Below, piece after piece: positions 1 through 12,807 of a stretch of DNA of 64,000 bases (position 1 is its first letter; each line of letters begins with the position of its first letter). Origin of the DNA: Marsupella aquatica. Lineage: Eukaryota; Plantae; Marchantiophyta. The position numbers and the translations under genes are program-made. The notes under the pieces were generated by a model, which was given only the letters and a program-made list of their open reading frames with translations, had not been told where the DNA came from and did no database searches. The stretch is taken from assembly GCA_973895155.1 (NCBI GenBank), contig OZ316892.1:15182861-15246860 (forward strand), read 5' to 3'.

Positions 1-1669
1 GTCTAGGGTCCTTTATAATCCCATTTTGTCTTCCTCTCCTTTTTTGCCAAAGTAGTCCATCGACCACATAATTTTAGTTTGCCAATTTTGCGTGCATGTT
101 ACCACTTGAGTTAAATACTTTGTGAGATAAGATTTTGACTTCCAATGTAGGGAACTTGTTTTCTTTTCCAAAGATTAGTTCAAATCCTTGATAGACAAGA
201 TTCAATCCCTAAAGCAGAGTCAAGGGGGATTTGGTTAGACAGTTACTCTAGGACTCTAGGACTACTATGTAATCATAGTTAGTTTAACCATAGTAAAAAA
301 AATTGCTTAAGGTTTGATGCACCACTAAGAGACAAGGAGAGCTTAGTTTTTGGGACTTGATATGGCCGATGGACATAAAGTGTAATAAAACTCACTTCAG
401 TGTCCCCGTCGACATAACTTGAACAAGAGTGGTGAACCACATATTTCTTGTATCAACAACTTATGTGTTTGTTTGATGTTACACATATGCATGCTATCTA
501 TGAGTAGCTATTGTTTACTACTTAGACACAAGTACATGAAATCTTGTGTTTTGCCATGCTCTCTCCTTATCTCTATCACTTTTTGCTAATAGAGGGCAGA
601 GTTCTACTAAGGAAAAACCATGTCATTTTGGGGTTTTGGCAATCTAGAAAATCTTTACCAGTCTAAATTCCACATAGAATTGGGCAAGTTATACTCTAAA
701 TCATGGAATTATTTTTGATAGTGTGAAATTAATTCTAACTATGGAAAATATGGTGAAACTTTTGATCTAGAAGAATCCTTGCAAATGGCAGTGTAAAAAA
801 TCATACAATGAATAGATAAAGTGCAAACATTGGAAACACATGCCAGCAAATTTAAATTTTATTAGCAACAGCTGATTAGCTAATTGTCAATGGCGTAGAT
901 ATGGGAGGTAGGATTGAGCATCCATGGGCCAACCACTAAGTGACTAAAATCCACGGGCCACTGGTTTCAGATCTAACAACTAATATTACAAAAAGTTTAC
1001 CTTTATTTTCTCCATCTAGTTTTAGAGAGGATTAATTAGCTAGATCAAAGTGTTTCACAGGGGCTAGTGGCTTTTGAGACACTTAATAATACTCAAGTAA
1101 GTGTCACTTTCCGCATATAAGTTATCCCTCAGAATATTTTCTTAATGGAGGAATGGTAACTTATTCATACTAGATGAAGAATGCAATGCACTTCGTGGGT
1201 AGAAAACCTAAATACACCAACTAGTAGGATCAATGGAGTTTAGTTTTGTTTGTCATCTGTAAGTTTCAGCTTTTATCTATCCTTAGCCTTGCATTTTCTT
1301 GTTCCTTCTCATGCCTGTAGCAAAGCCAATGTTTGTAATCTATGATAATTTATCGTGTTGTCTGAGCATTATGCACTCCAATCCTAAATATTAAAAAGCC
1401 ACTTCCTCACTTCGTTAAGAACCAGTGTTGGCTGAGAGTCTTCCAAATTGTGAAACCAGGAGGGAGCTGAGGTGTCTTAAATATGACTAGATTATTGTCC
1501 TTGCCCTTGACTCAATCATGTTTCTGCATTTCTCATCTTCGTTAGACTAAAATGTGTTTCTTTGTGGCTACGATCAGTTTGAACCTTAATTGCTGTTTAT
1601 TACGAACCGTGTAATTTTGAAAAAGTAATCATGTGAATTTCTTTGAGCAACTTGTCTACCATACTTCTT

Positions 1670-4171
1670 TCAAATCGTGAGGGGAACTCTTCCATGACCT
1701 CGTAACCTATGCATTTGAAGCAATTTACTTTCTTCATCCAATGAAAAATAGAATTATGATGATGAATGCCAGGAGAGGTACTTACGAGATTTTGCGTAAG
1801 AGTTGATAGGAGCTGGTCATTATCATTAGAGTATTCACAGCCAACAAGTTCCAATTCTTCTGCATCCCAAAGTTGGTCAGTTCCTCACAGTACCGAATGC
1901 CAAGTTACATCACGCAAACCACTCTTATGGTGGAACTAAGAAATCACTGAAGGATTTGTGGTACTATGACATCAAATGTGTGAGGAGAGATTTGTGTGTT
2001 AGACAAATAAATAAGTTCTGCGTGAACAGTTGATCTTTATTTCGGAAACAATTATTTGAAATTGACTTAGTTGTGAATACACCAACTTTCAAGTATGCTG
2101 AAACTCAATGTCTTTCAATATCGTCCAGTGGAAAATGAGGTATATGTACAACTGCAGTATTGAAAACTGTATACTAGTGGTTGACTTGTACGTTTTTCAG
2201 CATTGCGTTCCATTGTGCATATTGTTCACTCAATGTCTTTCAATATTCTCCCAAAACCAAGTCCTGAACATGCAAAACTCTCCTACATGACAATGCTTTA
2301 CCATTGCGGTTCGTTCAAGTTAAACACGAATTCCATATCACGCTGCCAAACTACCAAAAAGCTCCAACCAGGTGACAATGTCCCACAGGCTCGAAGACCC
2401 AATAAAGGAACGAAAAAAGAACCTGTGGCATTCAAAGGGTCCCAAAACACTGAAGCTTCGTAGCTACCAACCCAACTCTGCCCTTAACACAAATGCCTCG
2501 TGAAGCGAGACATGCGAGACACAAGTGCATTGCAAATTGTCCTTTGTGTAGTCAAGTGATTATAGCAACACCAGATCTCATCTGAAGGGAGCATTAGGAG
2601 CTTTTCATCACTTCTGTGAGCTTTGTCTACTGTACCGGTGTGATGACCATTGAGTAGCGACACCATATTAGTGCTGATCCAGCCATAGCTGTATTTTGGA
2701 AAACCACAACCACAATGTCAAGCGCTAGCACTACAGTCGTCAAGAAACCACGTAAAAGTGATGAAGAAGTAATTAGGGCATCCCAAAACAAGGGCAAAAT
2801 CATTCGTTCCTCTCAATCCAGATCAAATGATTAAACGTAGTTGCACTGGCAATAATTGATCCATTTATGATAGAAGTTGGAGGCTACCTGATTGATATGG
2901 ATACGAGATTGTCTCAGGAGGCTTGCTGAAGTCGGCAATGTTGGCAAATGAAATGCCCCATTTTGCAATCGGTGCCCAGAAGAAAACTGCATGTTCAGAG
3001 TAATTTGCAATTATCTATGAGACAATAAAAGTCTTTGTCAATGCGAGAGATGAAGCAAAGGTATCGTTGGTCAAGCATCTCACGACTTATTCCAAAAATC
3101 ATTGCAACGCAAATTCGTCGACATTAATCTTCCAAGTGAATGAAGAAACCTCAAGTTTTTATACCCTGCTCTAGAGCCTTCCCCTAAAGAAGTAAAATTC
3201 TTTCATCCAATGCTCATTCACATTCAAAAGATTTACCCGGTTATGTGTTCATCGTTGAAGATCCCTTTGGGTCCGGAATCTAAGTTCATTTGAGTCTATA
3301 TCATCTATTATTAATATCAGTGGGTAGCGATTTAACATCTCTATCCTATAATATTCCTAGACTAAGCTTTTGTTCGACGTCAAGACAGCAAGCTGTCGAA
3401 TTCACTCTACATATACCTTTGAGTCATATACCAGTCACTACATCATAAGCATCCCCTTTCGTTGTAAATTATCATAACTCCCAACGCCATTTGGCTTGTA
3501 GTTGGATATTTTCTTTACAACATGCCCTCCAAGTTAGGGAACAAGACTGGGGCAAGTGTGTCTGTATAAATAATGGACGGATGACAAATTGAATAAAATT
3601 GCGATTAATGTATTATTGACGTCATAAAACTTCCACGAAAGAAGATTATCAAAGCCATCGGGTTCAGTTTCCAGTGCACCAAGACCTCCCAAGCCAAAGG
3701 CTACTGACTTTGTATATGTCCTCGGAGGAAATCGTATGAGGCTGTGAAGTATACTACTTCTCATTAATCACGGAGGAATGAGGAAATTCGCAATCACAAA
3801 GTGTTACCAATGGGCAACTGGACGGCACTTTTGCACTATAGTTCTCAGTCTAACTTATCCTTTGTCAACAGTTTCTTCAGGCATCCTTTTCCAGAGCACC
3901 GTCTAACATCTATTCTACGTTTATCTTGCAACATTGAATCATACGCAGGAGCCCAGAGCACAGCGACGGTAAAGATTCAAAACAAGGCTGACGCTTCTTG
4001 TAGTATTGGTTGTTCAACTGAGTAACTCGTAACGATGCCAGTACATCTAAGAACTGCTCATGAACATTCAGGATCTTGAACGAACAACAGACTCCAGTAA
4101 GGAAAGAGGGAGGGAAACGGACTGGTTTTAGGGCCAGCTGGATGGTTCCATATGTCCTTTATCATTCCCAT
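1670..4171 (-). CDS. Mitochondrial pyruvate carrier (MPC2-type, UPF0041/BRP44 family), spliced. Exons about 4171-4123, 2986-2888, 2688-2636 and 1859-1786; last exon tentatively 1706-1670.
   Basis: GT-AG bounded exons join in phase to give MGMIKDIWNHPAGPKT-IFFWAPIAKWGISFANIADFSKPPETISYPYQS-AMAGSALIWCRYSMVITP-KNWNLLAVNTLMIMTSSYQLLRKI, the MPC signature. The terminal exon is uncertain. Confidence 0.9.
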
Positions 4172-7100
4172 CACTTCCTCGCTGGGGTTGGCGGAATGCG
4201 ATTTCTTCGTTTGGATCTTTGGACTTGCCCACCACACCACTTGTCAATTATTATTGAAGTCCAGTATGGTGGCGGGTAACATGAGTCTGCCCAACTGGCC
4301 CACAAATTTCACGCGACGAGGCACTGACTCATTATTTGGTTTGGCTCTACTGTAGTCATCAACCATCGCTCATCTTCCTTGGTGACCCAGGGTTCTTTCT
4401 GGTCCGCCGTCAACACTGCAGTGTCAGGCGTCATTTTCTCTGGCCCCTTGGTTTGTTTTCTCTGCAACCCAGGGGATCTGGGGCATGTCGACTTCACTGA
4501 AAGACTTAAAAAAGCCAACCACAGTTCACTTTGGTTCTTGAGGTAGCTTGCTTTACAATATAGTTCATGCTTGCTTCCAGCATATCATTGATCGGACTCA
4601 ACCAACCATACAGCATGTTCATCCTGGATAATGATATTCACGATAAATGATATGCCGGACGTGAGCATGAACTATATTGCATGCTATATCATAAATGATC
4701 AAGCTAGACCCTTTTTTTTGTTGTCTTGTAGTGATATGTAATTAATCTAATTTATTTATGATAAAAGAATACAATAGATGTAAAGTCTATGTCAAGAAAA
4801 TAATATCTGTTAATTAAGAGTGAATTAGAAATACACAAAACCATAAATACACATGCAAAAAAAAACACATAATGACCATGAAAATGCAAAGGTACTGAAT
4901 AGTTGTGCACATAAGATACAAATTTTCAATTGCTTCTAGGTATTGACAGTCGACTTAATTAAAACCATAAATTTTGTAACAGGAACCACAAGAGGAACTT
5001 AGTATGCCAGATGTGCACATTGTGCAAAATCATTTCTCTCACTCTCATAGAATTTACTAAGGAGTGATTGAAAAGGAAAGATTAATCATTTGAGGGGATC
5101 CAAAATGAATTCAAAATACTCAAGTTAACTAAAATTAAAAGGGGTCTAAAAGTTAATTCAAAATTTAATTAATACACATGATTCACCTTGTTAAGGCACA
5201 TTAAAATCAAAATAAGACAAATCATGAAAGTTGGATTCACCATATAGCATGCTCATCCTGACCAAAATGTTTTTGATTCATGTAACCATCTAACCTTGTC
5301 TCTCGGTTTGACCCTTTTGGCCTTTGGCACTGGTATATACTGAACTTTGATATCAATCACTCTAATGTGGATGCAAATGTCCTCTGATTACAAATTGACT
5401 TTTGGAGTGAATCCGTAATAGCCTTCAGATTTATTCTTTCAATTTCTTGGGCAGTGGGATTATCCAATAAGGGCAGGCTAGAAACTCAAGCAAAACATAT
5501 AGGAATATGTGTCCAGGAAATGCACACTTAAAAGTACAGGTCTACACTCAATCAGTAGTCGCTAGGGAAAGAGAAAGAAGCATGACCAACGAACTATATT
5601 TTTTCCCCTGTAGCTACTTTGCCCTTTTTTTGGAGAGTTTTTGCCTTTCCCATTTTAAAATTCTTTAGGTGGGAAGGCAACTTTTTGGGGGTTTGTAGTT
5701 ATTTTGCTTTTTTGTATATCATATTTGATTTTTGGTTGGGTTGTTATGTGGTGAAGCTTTTTTTCCTTTGGGGAAGAGGGGGCCAACCTTTTTAAAGTTC
5801 TCTTGTTCAAGTTCAACCTCCGACAAGATCCACACCTAGAAAAATTTGTCAGGAATGACTCGGTTCTTTGTACGGATTTGCACCTAAGGAGAGGTTGACG
5901 ATTGAGCACAGTTGCAATAAAAAGCCATTCAAAATTGTATTTCTCATCTGAAGCATGCTACCCGTCAACATCGGAAGTAATAACACCCGTCAACATCGGA
6001 AGTTGGTAGTGAGAGTTAAAAAAATGTAAAACAGATAAGCAAGCCCCCACAGCTGTTAGTGATATTCTGAATACCCTACACTTGGTTTAAATTACCCGTG
6101 CCTGCAGAATGGCTTTATTGATAAATAGTACTAATTAGTCAATTTGAAACCATTAGTAGAATTGGATCTTTTTAAACAAATTTCCATGCAGTTTGAATAT
6201 TCTTACAAGATCTAGACCATCTTGCTTGATTAGAAGGAATGAAAAATGATTGTGTTTGTTGCCTCGGCAATTTGTCAATTCAGATCAAATAGTGGCAAGG
6301 ACAAATAGTCCACACAGCGGAAATACCGGCGAGATATTTCTGAGACGTTGATTTTCGAGATTGGTCGAGTAGATTGATCAAGTAGACTTTGTACAAGGAA
6401 CTAAACCTGGTGATGATCAACTGCAATTGTTGGTCTGAAAACAGTGTTACGCTGCGGTCAAGCTGAGCGCTGTTGGCATAGATGATATTGAGAGGGAAGC
6501 AGTATTGAAAGCTGCAACTAAGGAGTTGGAGCGCAGCTTCAATAAGGCTGATTTTAGGAGAATGAAGGTTCTCGAATCCACCCAATCTAGGATTTCATTT
6601 CATTTCTTTGTCCATTTTTGGTGGTTTGTGCTAACGTAGATACCATTTAGATGTTTGAAAGGGTTAGAAGAGGTATGAGGTCCTAAATCTCAAGTTGTGT
6701 TTTACATCATGCACTCCCGGGATACTGTCCAGAGCTTGTTGTTGGAATACAAACTGATTTATTTTATTCAACAAGAAGGACATAGTTATAGTTGATCAGG
6801 TTCAACGCATGGCTCCTATCGCCTGTATTCCGAAATCAACGTCAGAGAAACCCAACCTGGCACTAAGGGAGGTAATCAAAGTAAACAGAAAGTGCTGACT
6901 TGGTTATTTGTCTTCATTCTCACCCTTTCGTCTTTGGCGAGAGCTTCCCACTTGAGGACTTTGTGTGGCTAGGCTGTAAACAGAGCTCTAGCTTTCTATG
7001 TAGATTTTCTTTGTCGATTTCAATCACCTGCCTTCGTTGAGGGGGTAACTTTGTCACTTGTTCAATTGGAGCCACTTTTGTTTCAGCGTAATGCTTGCTT

Positions 7101-7934
7101 CTGCTTTTGATCAAGGCTTGTGTTCTTTCTTGTTGTACTGGGATGTCTTCTTCTACATTTGCCTTGACAGGCTCTTCAGATTTCCACCAGTTGGTTGAAA
7201 CTAGTCTTTCTCCCCAGACATGGCTGAGATTCGTACCGCAGGCTTTAACTCGCCCTGCACATATGTCAGATTCTCGGGACTGTTTGCCTTGTACCTCTTC
7301 ATGTCCTAGCGTTATCGGCTTCAGTTTCAGTTGATGATCTGGATAACGAGCTGTTATCCAATTTGCCAGTTGAACAGGGCACTATCTTTCTCGATATAAC
7401 TGCCGCTTTGTTTGCTCCAAGTCATTTTCTCCCCAGGGAGGAAGTATAATCTCATCCTCGTCTGTACACCTCTCCCTGTGACACGCAGAGTATTTGTGCA
7501 ATCCACCACTATCGTGTACATTCGAATTCATGCTACTCCTCGTCATTGATATCATGAACCTCTTCTTTTCCCATCTTCATCATCGGCCAGTAGGTAGAGC
7601 CCAAGTGTCACCGCCTCTTTAAAAGTGGTATTTCACTTAGGACACTTTGTGACTCCTCCGCAGTCCACTTGACGCGATGCACACAGCACGAGGGTAGCTT
7701 TGGATTTTTTTGCTCAAGAAAGTTCATAGGCGAGATGCTTCTCTCTTGAAGCAGAAAGAGGATCCATTTTCAGTGGAATTAATTGTAGCTTTGTGTTGAA
7801 AGAATTCTAGAGACAATGGAGCTCGTCCAGAGACACTTCTCTCAATTTCAATAGCCCTGCCAGATTTGTGAGTCAGACTCCTCTGTTCCTACTGCTTCGT
7901 CCATATCAGAGCCTGCCTCTAGTGAAGCATCTAA

Positions 7935-8501
7935 CTAAGGACTACCAGAATTTGTGCTTGGTTCCAGTTCTTTATCCGAAGAAGGCTCCTTTTGGGATAG
8001 GCGCCCATTTTCCAAGACGTTAATTACAGGGGCGTACACCTTCTCATGAATTTCTCTACGAGCTCCCAAAAGCTCATTCTCAGAGTGTAGAAAATGCTTC
8101 CGTATGTCAGGTGTTACATTCACGTCATACGCTGAGGTTAGTAGGAGGAAGGTGAGTACCGTCATTGGGTACTGGGGAGAGTTGAACGACCTGTATAGTT
8201 CATTTAGTAACTTGGCAACTTTGGGCAGGTCGACAAGTCGTCTGTTTGATCGAAAACCTGACGATCTCCTGAAGCTAGAGCCTAAACCTGGCTTTGACAG
8301 AAACCCTTTCACACTGCAAGTGTCGGATATTACGAGATCCAGCTTCTCCATGCAAGAAGCTGTCTTTGTTCCAATACTGTAACTGGAACAAGATTGTCCC
8401 TCAGATATATTTTCTTGTGTTGGACAACGACATTTCGGCCATTCTTCCCTGCTTGATGACTACATATCATACGGATTCTAATTTGCGATCAAAGCATATG
8501 C
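7935..8501 (-). pseudogene. PMS1: PMS1/PMS2-like MutL mismatch-repair gene fragment, frameshifted; may extend to about 6900
   Basis: After a ttcag acceptor it reads AYALIA, then in a shifted frame IRMICSHQAGKNGRNVVVQ, then VKGFLSKPG, SGDRQ (shifted frame) and VDLPKVAKLLNELYRSFNSPQYP...AYDVNVTPDIRK. This is the MutL transducer domain with several frameshifts and stops. Confidence 0.8.
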
Positions 8502-9674
8502 CTGAAAGCGCAAATCGCATGCTTCAGATGACAAGGAGGAAAGATTTAGTTTTTATCAGCACAGTAGAAGGTAACATAAAAGGAAAGCTTGCTAGCATCC
8601 GGGATAAACAGGGTAAAGAGCTTGCACTGGTCATGACTTCAAGATGCTTCGTTTGAGTCACCAGATAGATCCCTGTCATTAGTGGCTCCATCAAAATCCT
8701 AGCATTTGCAGGGTATGGAAGGCCGGACGATATACAACATGTGCAATACTTCAAATAAAGACAAAACTGAAATGGGGGTGGACAAAAAGGATGGGACAAA
8801 GATTAACAAAATAACATAAAAATATTATTGTGCAAGATTTTTTTTCTTCATATTTGTTTATGTTCAAGGAAGGGGTAATCTGGCTAGTGGAACAAAACAA
8901 TCAATCTCCCCTTGTATACCTCTTGACTTCCCTATTTTTGGTTGGAAAAAGGTGAGGCTGTCATTGTGAATGAGTACCGACGTTGCTAGCTGTATTGTTA
9001 GAAACAAGTTGAACTGACCAAACATAGGCATCAGGCCAACGCTCATGACCATATTTGACCAGATAATCTGCACCTAGTGTGACCCCACAATTGGAGTAAA
9101 GAGGGCCACGTTGGAACTTGACAATTTACTCTTCATAACAAGGTGCTAAGGGTGGCTTTACATAATGTTGGTGGCCCACTTCTTTTTCTCTCCTCTAAAA
9201 TTAAGTTTGGACCACTTAATGAGTGGAGACAGCTGCAATTGGCTTTACAGAAACTTGGGGGCACAGGTATAGTGTCCCCTGATCCTACAATGGCAAGTAG
9301 TGGGCCCAAGTAAATACTGATGTGTAGTGTCTATTTTGCCTAGAATTGTTGACCACCACTAGAGGTGATTGAAACATTTGCAACCCTTGTCCCTTTCTCT
9401 CCGGGGGATTTGCATTTACTGAACTTCAATTCAAAAGATTTTTGAACTGGAGACTATCTTTGAAACAAGGAGTGGCCATGGGGTTTGCTTTGGTGAAAAA
9501 GCTACAAATGCCCCCACCCTAAATGCCATATTAAATAGCCCCATCTAGTTGGTGTCACCTATAGGGAGGTGGCACGTCAAGCTTGTGGTGAGAGGACCAC
9601 TAGTTCTTTGCCCCCTCTCTATGCGCCTTCAGCCAAAATTGCTCTTTGTTGGTTGCTCTTGCTCTCTTCTCAGC

Positions 9675-9850
9675 TGTCGTGACATATAGTATCGTAGCCA
9701 TAGTGTATCGAAAACATACAAGTCACCGGCAAGGCATATGTGCAAGCTGCTAGCAACCAACATGCATAGAAAAAGTCCAATCACATTCACAAGTACCAAG
9801 AAAAAGCAAATGAAGTGGTATGTACGTAGTGGAGGTGTAAACCTCTGTAT
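9675..9850 (-). repeat. Repeat B2 (176 bp), 3' terminus of the element
   Basis: Direct copy of 10211-10386 with about 6 substitutions, all transitions; ends in CACGACA on the element strand. Confidence 0.95.
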
Positions 9851-10208
9851 ATAAAAGGCGTAAGAGAAACAATTGTACTGAAATTGAATCGAAAACCGGC
9901 AGGATGCCAAGATCGGCCGGGAGCATCTAACGAATCACTGTGTGAATCCCGTGTATAGAACCGACGAGCACTGTCTGAGCTCTGTCAACAGCGATTCAAG
10001 AAGAACTGAAAACCCCCAAAGAAAGACATGCCCTAAGCAAGCAAAGTCCTGGCATCACACTAACAAGCACATTTGCTTCAAGAACGGCCCAGACTTGCTA
10101 CAAGAACATGTCACTAACTCAGGTAGTACACTAGCCCTAACTACATACCTAGCGGGCAGGCGAGGGACATGCCGATGTGCATAAGAGGCAATGTCCCTTG
10201 GCATGACA
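9851..10208 (-). repeat. Repeat A2 (358 bp)
   Basis: Direct copy of 25900-26257 with about 11 substitutions; begins TGTCATG on the element strand. Confidence 0.95.
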
Positions 10209-10210
10209 GC

Positions 10211-10386
10211 TGTCGTGACATATAGTATCATAGCCATAGTGTATCGAAAACATACAAGTCATCGGCAAGGCATATGTGCAAGTTGCTAGCAACCAACATG
10301 CATGGAAAAAGTCCAATCACATTCACAAGTGCCAAGAAAAAGCAAATGAAGTGGTATGTACATAGTGGAGGTGTAAACCTCTGTAT
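10211..10386 (-). repeat. Repeat B1 (176 bp), joined to A2 by a 2-bp GC spacer
   Basis: Copy of 9675-9850. The junction at 10202-10217 reads catgaca-gc-tgtcgtg. Confidence 0.95.
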
Positions 10387-10393
10387 CCCCCCC
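10387..10393 (-). other. Putative polypurine tract (G7) immediately 5' of B1
   Basis: A C7 run on + ends exactly at the B1 boundary, about 30 nt after the pol stop. Confidence 0.65.
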
Positions 10394-10425
10394 AGACCAC
10401 AGCCAAAAGGAGGGCTGAAGAAAAT

Positions 10426-11076
10426 TCAGGTAGCACGTGGAGCACAGGAAGGGCAAAACCATAACCCTTCTGGCACCTGGGTAAGTTCAGGCCGAAGACA
10501 GAAAAGATGGTACCCTCCATTGCAATTGTCACACAGCAGCATCTGGTCAGCATCATCAATTCGCAAACACACTTTGCAAGGGTAGTCCACAGGTGGAATC
10601 CAAGTAGAAGTCACAATGGTGGGATCCAGGTTAGGCAGATGACAAGGGGCGCAATTCTTGGCATTGTCAGCAATTGTGCGCCCATCTGCCCCTTGTAACT
10701 CTAGCACTCCCGATGGTCAAATAGCTTTAACCCTAAGAATAGTACGACTGGTAGAGGTGTCCAGGGTGTCGTTAGCTTGCCGTTGCAAGTACACAAAATC
10801 TCCCACTTCAAACTTCCTAACCTTGGGCTGAAAAGTGCCCCCTCGTGTGTGTGCATAACACAGTGTGTCCCTGTGCTGTGCGATGGCCAAATTCTCCATG
10901 GCCATGGGCATAACCCTCCTGAATAGGGCAGCCCTCTCAGAGATCACATCAGACCAAGTCACAGTTGAATCCAAGTCTACCACCTGAAGCATGTGAGCAA
11001 CAATAGCAGAAGGTGGAACTGGGTGACGACCAAAAACAAGAAGTAGGGAGAAAAGTTAGACAGTGATGCATGTCTG
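10426..11076 (-). pseudogene. Integrase C-terminus and C4HC3 PHD finger of the DNMT retroelement
   Basis: HASLSNFSPYFL..GRHP continues the integrase across the Copia insertion. It is followed by GDFVYLQRQ, an in-frame TGA at 10717, and CKVCLRIDDADQMLLCDNCNGGYHLFCLRPELTQVPEGLWFCPSC. Confidence 0.9.
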
Positions 11077-11479
11077 TGTTGGGTATTTACTCTTACGTCT
11101 AGGTTAGGTATGACGTGGTTGGTACAACAACGTGGGTTGGTACAACTACGTGATTAGGTACAACTATGTGGTTAGGTACAACTACGTGATTAGGTACAAC
11201 TATGTGGTTAGGTACAACTAAGTTGCACACTATATCATAAGAGGCATGTGTGCTTGGAGAGGTAGAACCAAGGCTCATTGTTATGGAGCCACTTGAGAGA
11301 TAGGGAGAGCTTACACTATGGAGACTCGGTATAGCCGACGGGCTTAGAGTTCAGTAAAGCTCTCTTGTGTGTTCCCGTGGACGTAGCCTCAAGGAGGTGA
11401 ACCACGTATCTCTTGTGTCGACTATTGTGCGTTGGATGGTTCATGGGCTTGCCGTTGCGATCGTCGTCTATGCTCAACA
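11077..11479 (+). repeat. Copia 5' LTR (403 bp; six copies of an ~18-bp unit)
   Basis: tgttgggtattt...tgctcaaca; matches 17120-17504 apart from one extra 18-bp unit. Confidence 0.97.
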
Positions 11480-11481
11480 AT

Positions 11482-11493
11482 TGGTATCAGAGC
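11482..11493 (+). other. Copia primer-binding site (tRNA-iMet)
   Basis: TGGTATCAGAGC, 2 nt after the LTR. Confidence 0.95.
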
Positions 11494-12807
11494 ATGCTTG
11501 GGAGGTGACGTGTGTTCGTGACGGGATTTCATTATGGTTTTTCCAGCATTGAGTGTCGGTGGATTTCCCGGAGTTCCGTCGCATGGAACTTGGAGTTTAT
11601 GGGCTCAACGGATAGATCGGGGCAAGAGCTTTCTAATGGTGTGAAGAAATCGTTGAACGGAGCTCGTGGTGCAGAGAGATCTAAGTTTTCGTCGTTCTGG
11701 ATTTTGTGAAGAAAGTTGGCAATCGACTCGGAGGGAGAAGCGTCAAGTGTTTTGACTCAACGGAGAGATTGAGGCAAGACGATTGTTTTGAGTCCGGGAT
11801 TGGCTCTTTGATGCAAAGAGGAAGGCTAAGCAAAATCAATTACCTTGTTGGATTGGTGACGGCACCAAGTGCAATTGATCAACATTCGTTGTTGACAAGG
11901 TACCATTTTTTCTCTTTGAAAAACTGATTCGAAATTGGCTATGGCAATTGAGAGAAATCTGTCATCTTTACCAATTTTTTTCTCCCTCGTTCTTTCCTCG
12001 TTTTGGGTGCTTCTTATATCGATCTTCACCGCCTCGAAGTCTAGTTTCCAAATCTGAAATCAGATCTTGATTTCGTCTAAACTCGAGTGAGATATCTTGC
12101 GTTTGGTGTCGAGGGGTACATTCTGCCGTGTGTATTTTCTGCGCGCGCGACCAGATTTCGACGACGAAGGGTGGTAGGGGGTTTTGGGGGTTCGAGGACA
12201 CGTGTCAGCCCCTCGATTGTTCTTCCAAAATTCCCACAAGGCCTGTACAAGGGTCATAGAATATTCCAAAAAACCATAGAGCTATTTTTTGACCGTCCGA
12301 CAAAGATTTCATCCGTCGAACGGTAACTTTTTTGGTTATTTTTTGGCGAGGTCGTAGCCATTGAAGTTGGCAACGCGGCGCACCAATCACATCGTAATTC
12401 CGACAACGGGTTGTACTTGGTATTTCGGTTATTCCCTGAGGTGGTCAAAACGGGGGAGTTTCCCAAGGTTTTACCCACCTCGACCGAAATTTGAATAACT
12501 TTTCCGTCAAATTTTGATTTTGATTTCGGTTTTTAGTATTGGACTCCTAGCTTTGTGGGCTACGCGGCGGTGTTGAGTTTCGAGTTTTTTGAGAAGTTGT
12601 GAAAAACAACAGTTTTTGTGACTTTCTCATATGAGTGATTCGGAGGAGTTTTTCGAAGACGTGGAACTTGAAGCATGAGGATCACCGCGGAGGTTTCAGG
12701 GGCAGAGAGAGGAGCAGGAGGAAGAGCACGTGACACCGATACCATCACCGGTGCGGCGTGTGGTGGAGGAAGCAGTACTACTACCGGAGCTCACGGTAAA
12801 GAAGAAG

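Noticed and set aside
5960-6003. 19-bp direct repeat acccgtcaacatcggaagt x2
   Set aside because: An isolated micro-duplication with no associated element.
9675-10208. Reading A2+B2 as a normal TG..CA 3' LTR with a truncated 5' LTR
   Set aside because: It does not explain the extra B1 copy, the G7 tract abutting B1 rather than A2, or the primer site abutting A1. It remains the null hypothesis until other copies are examined.
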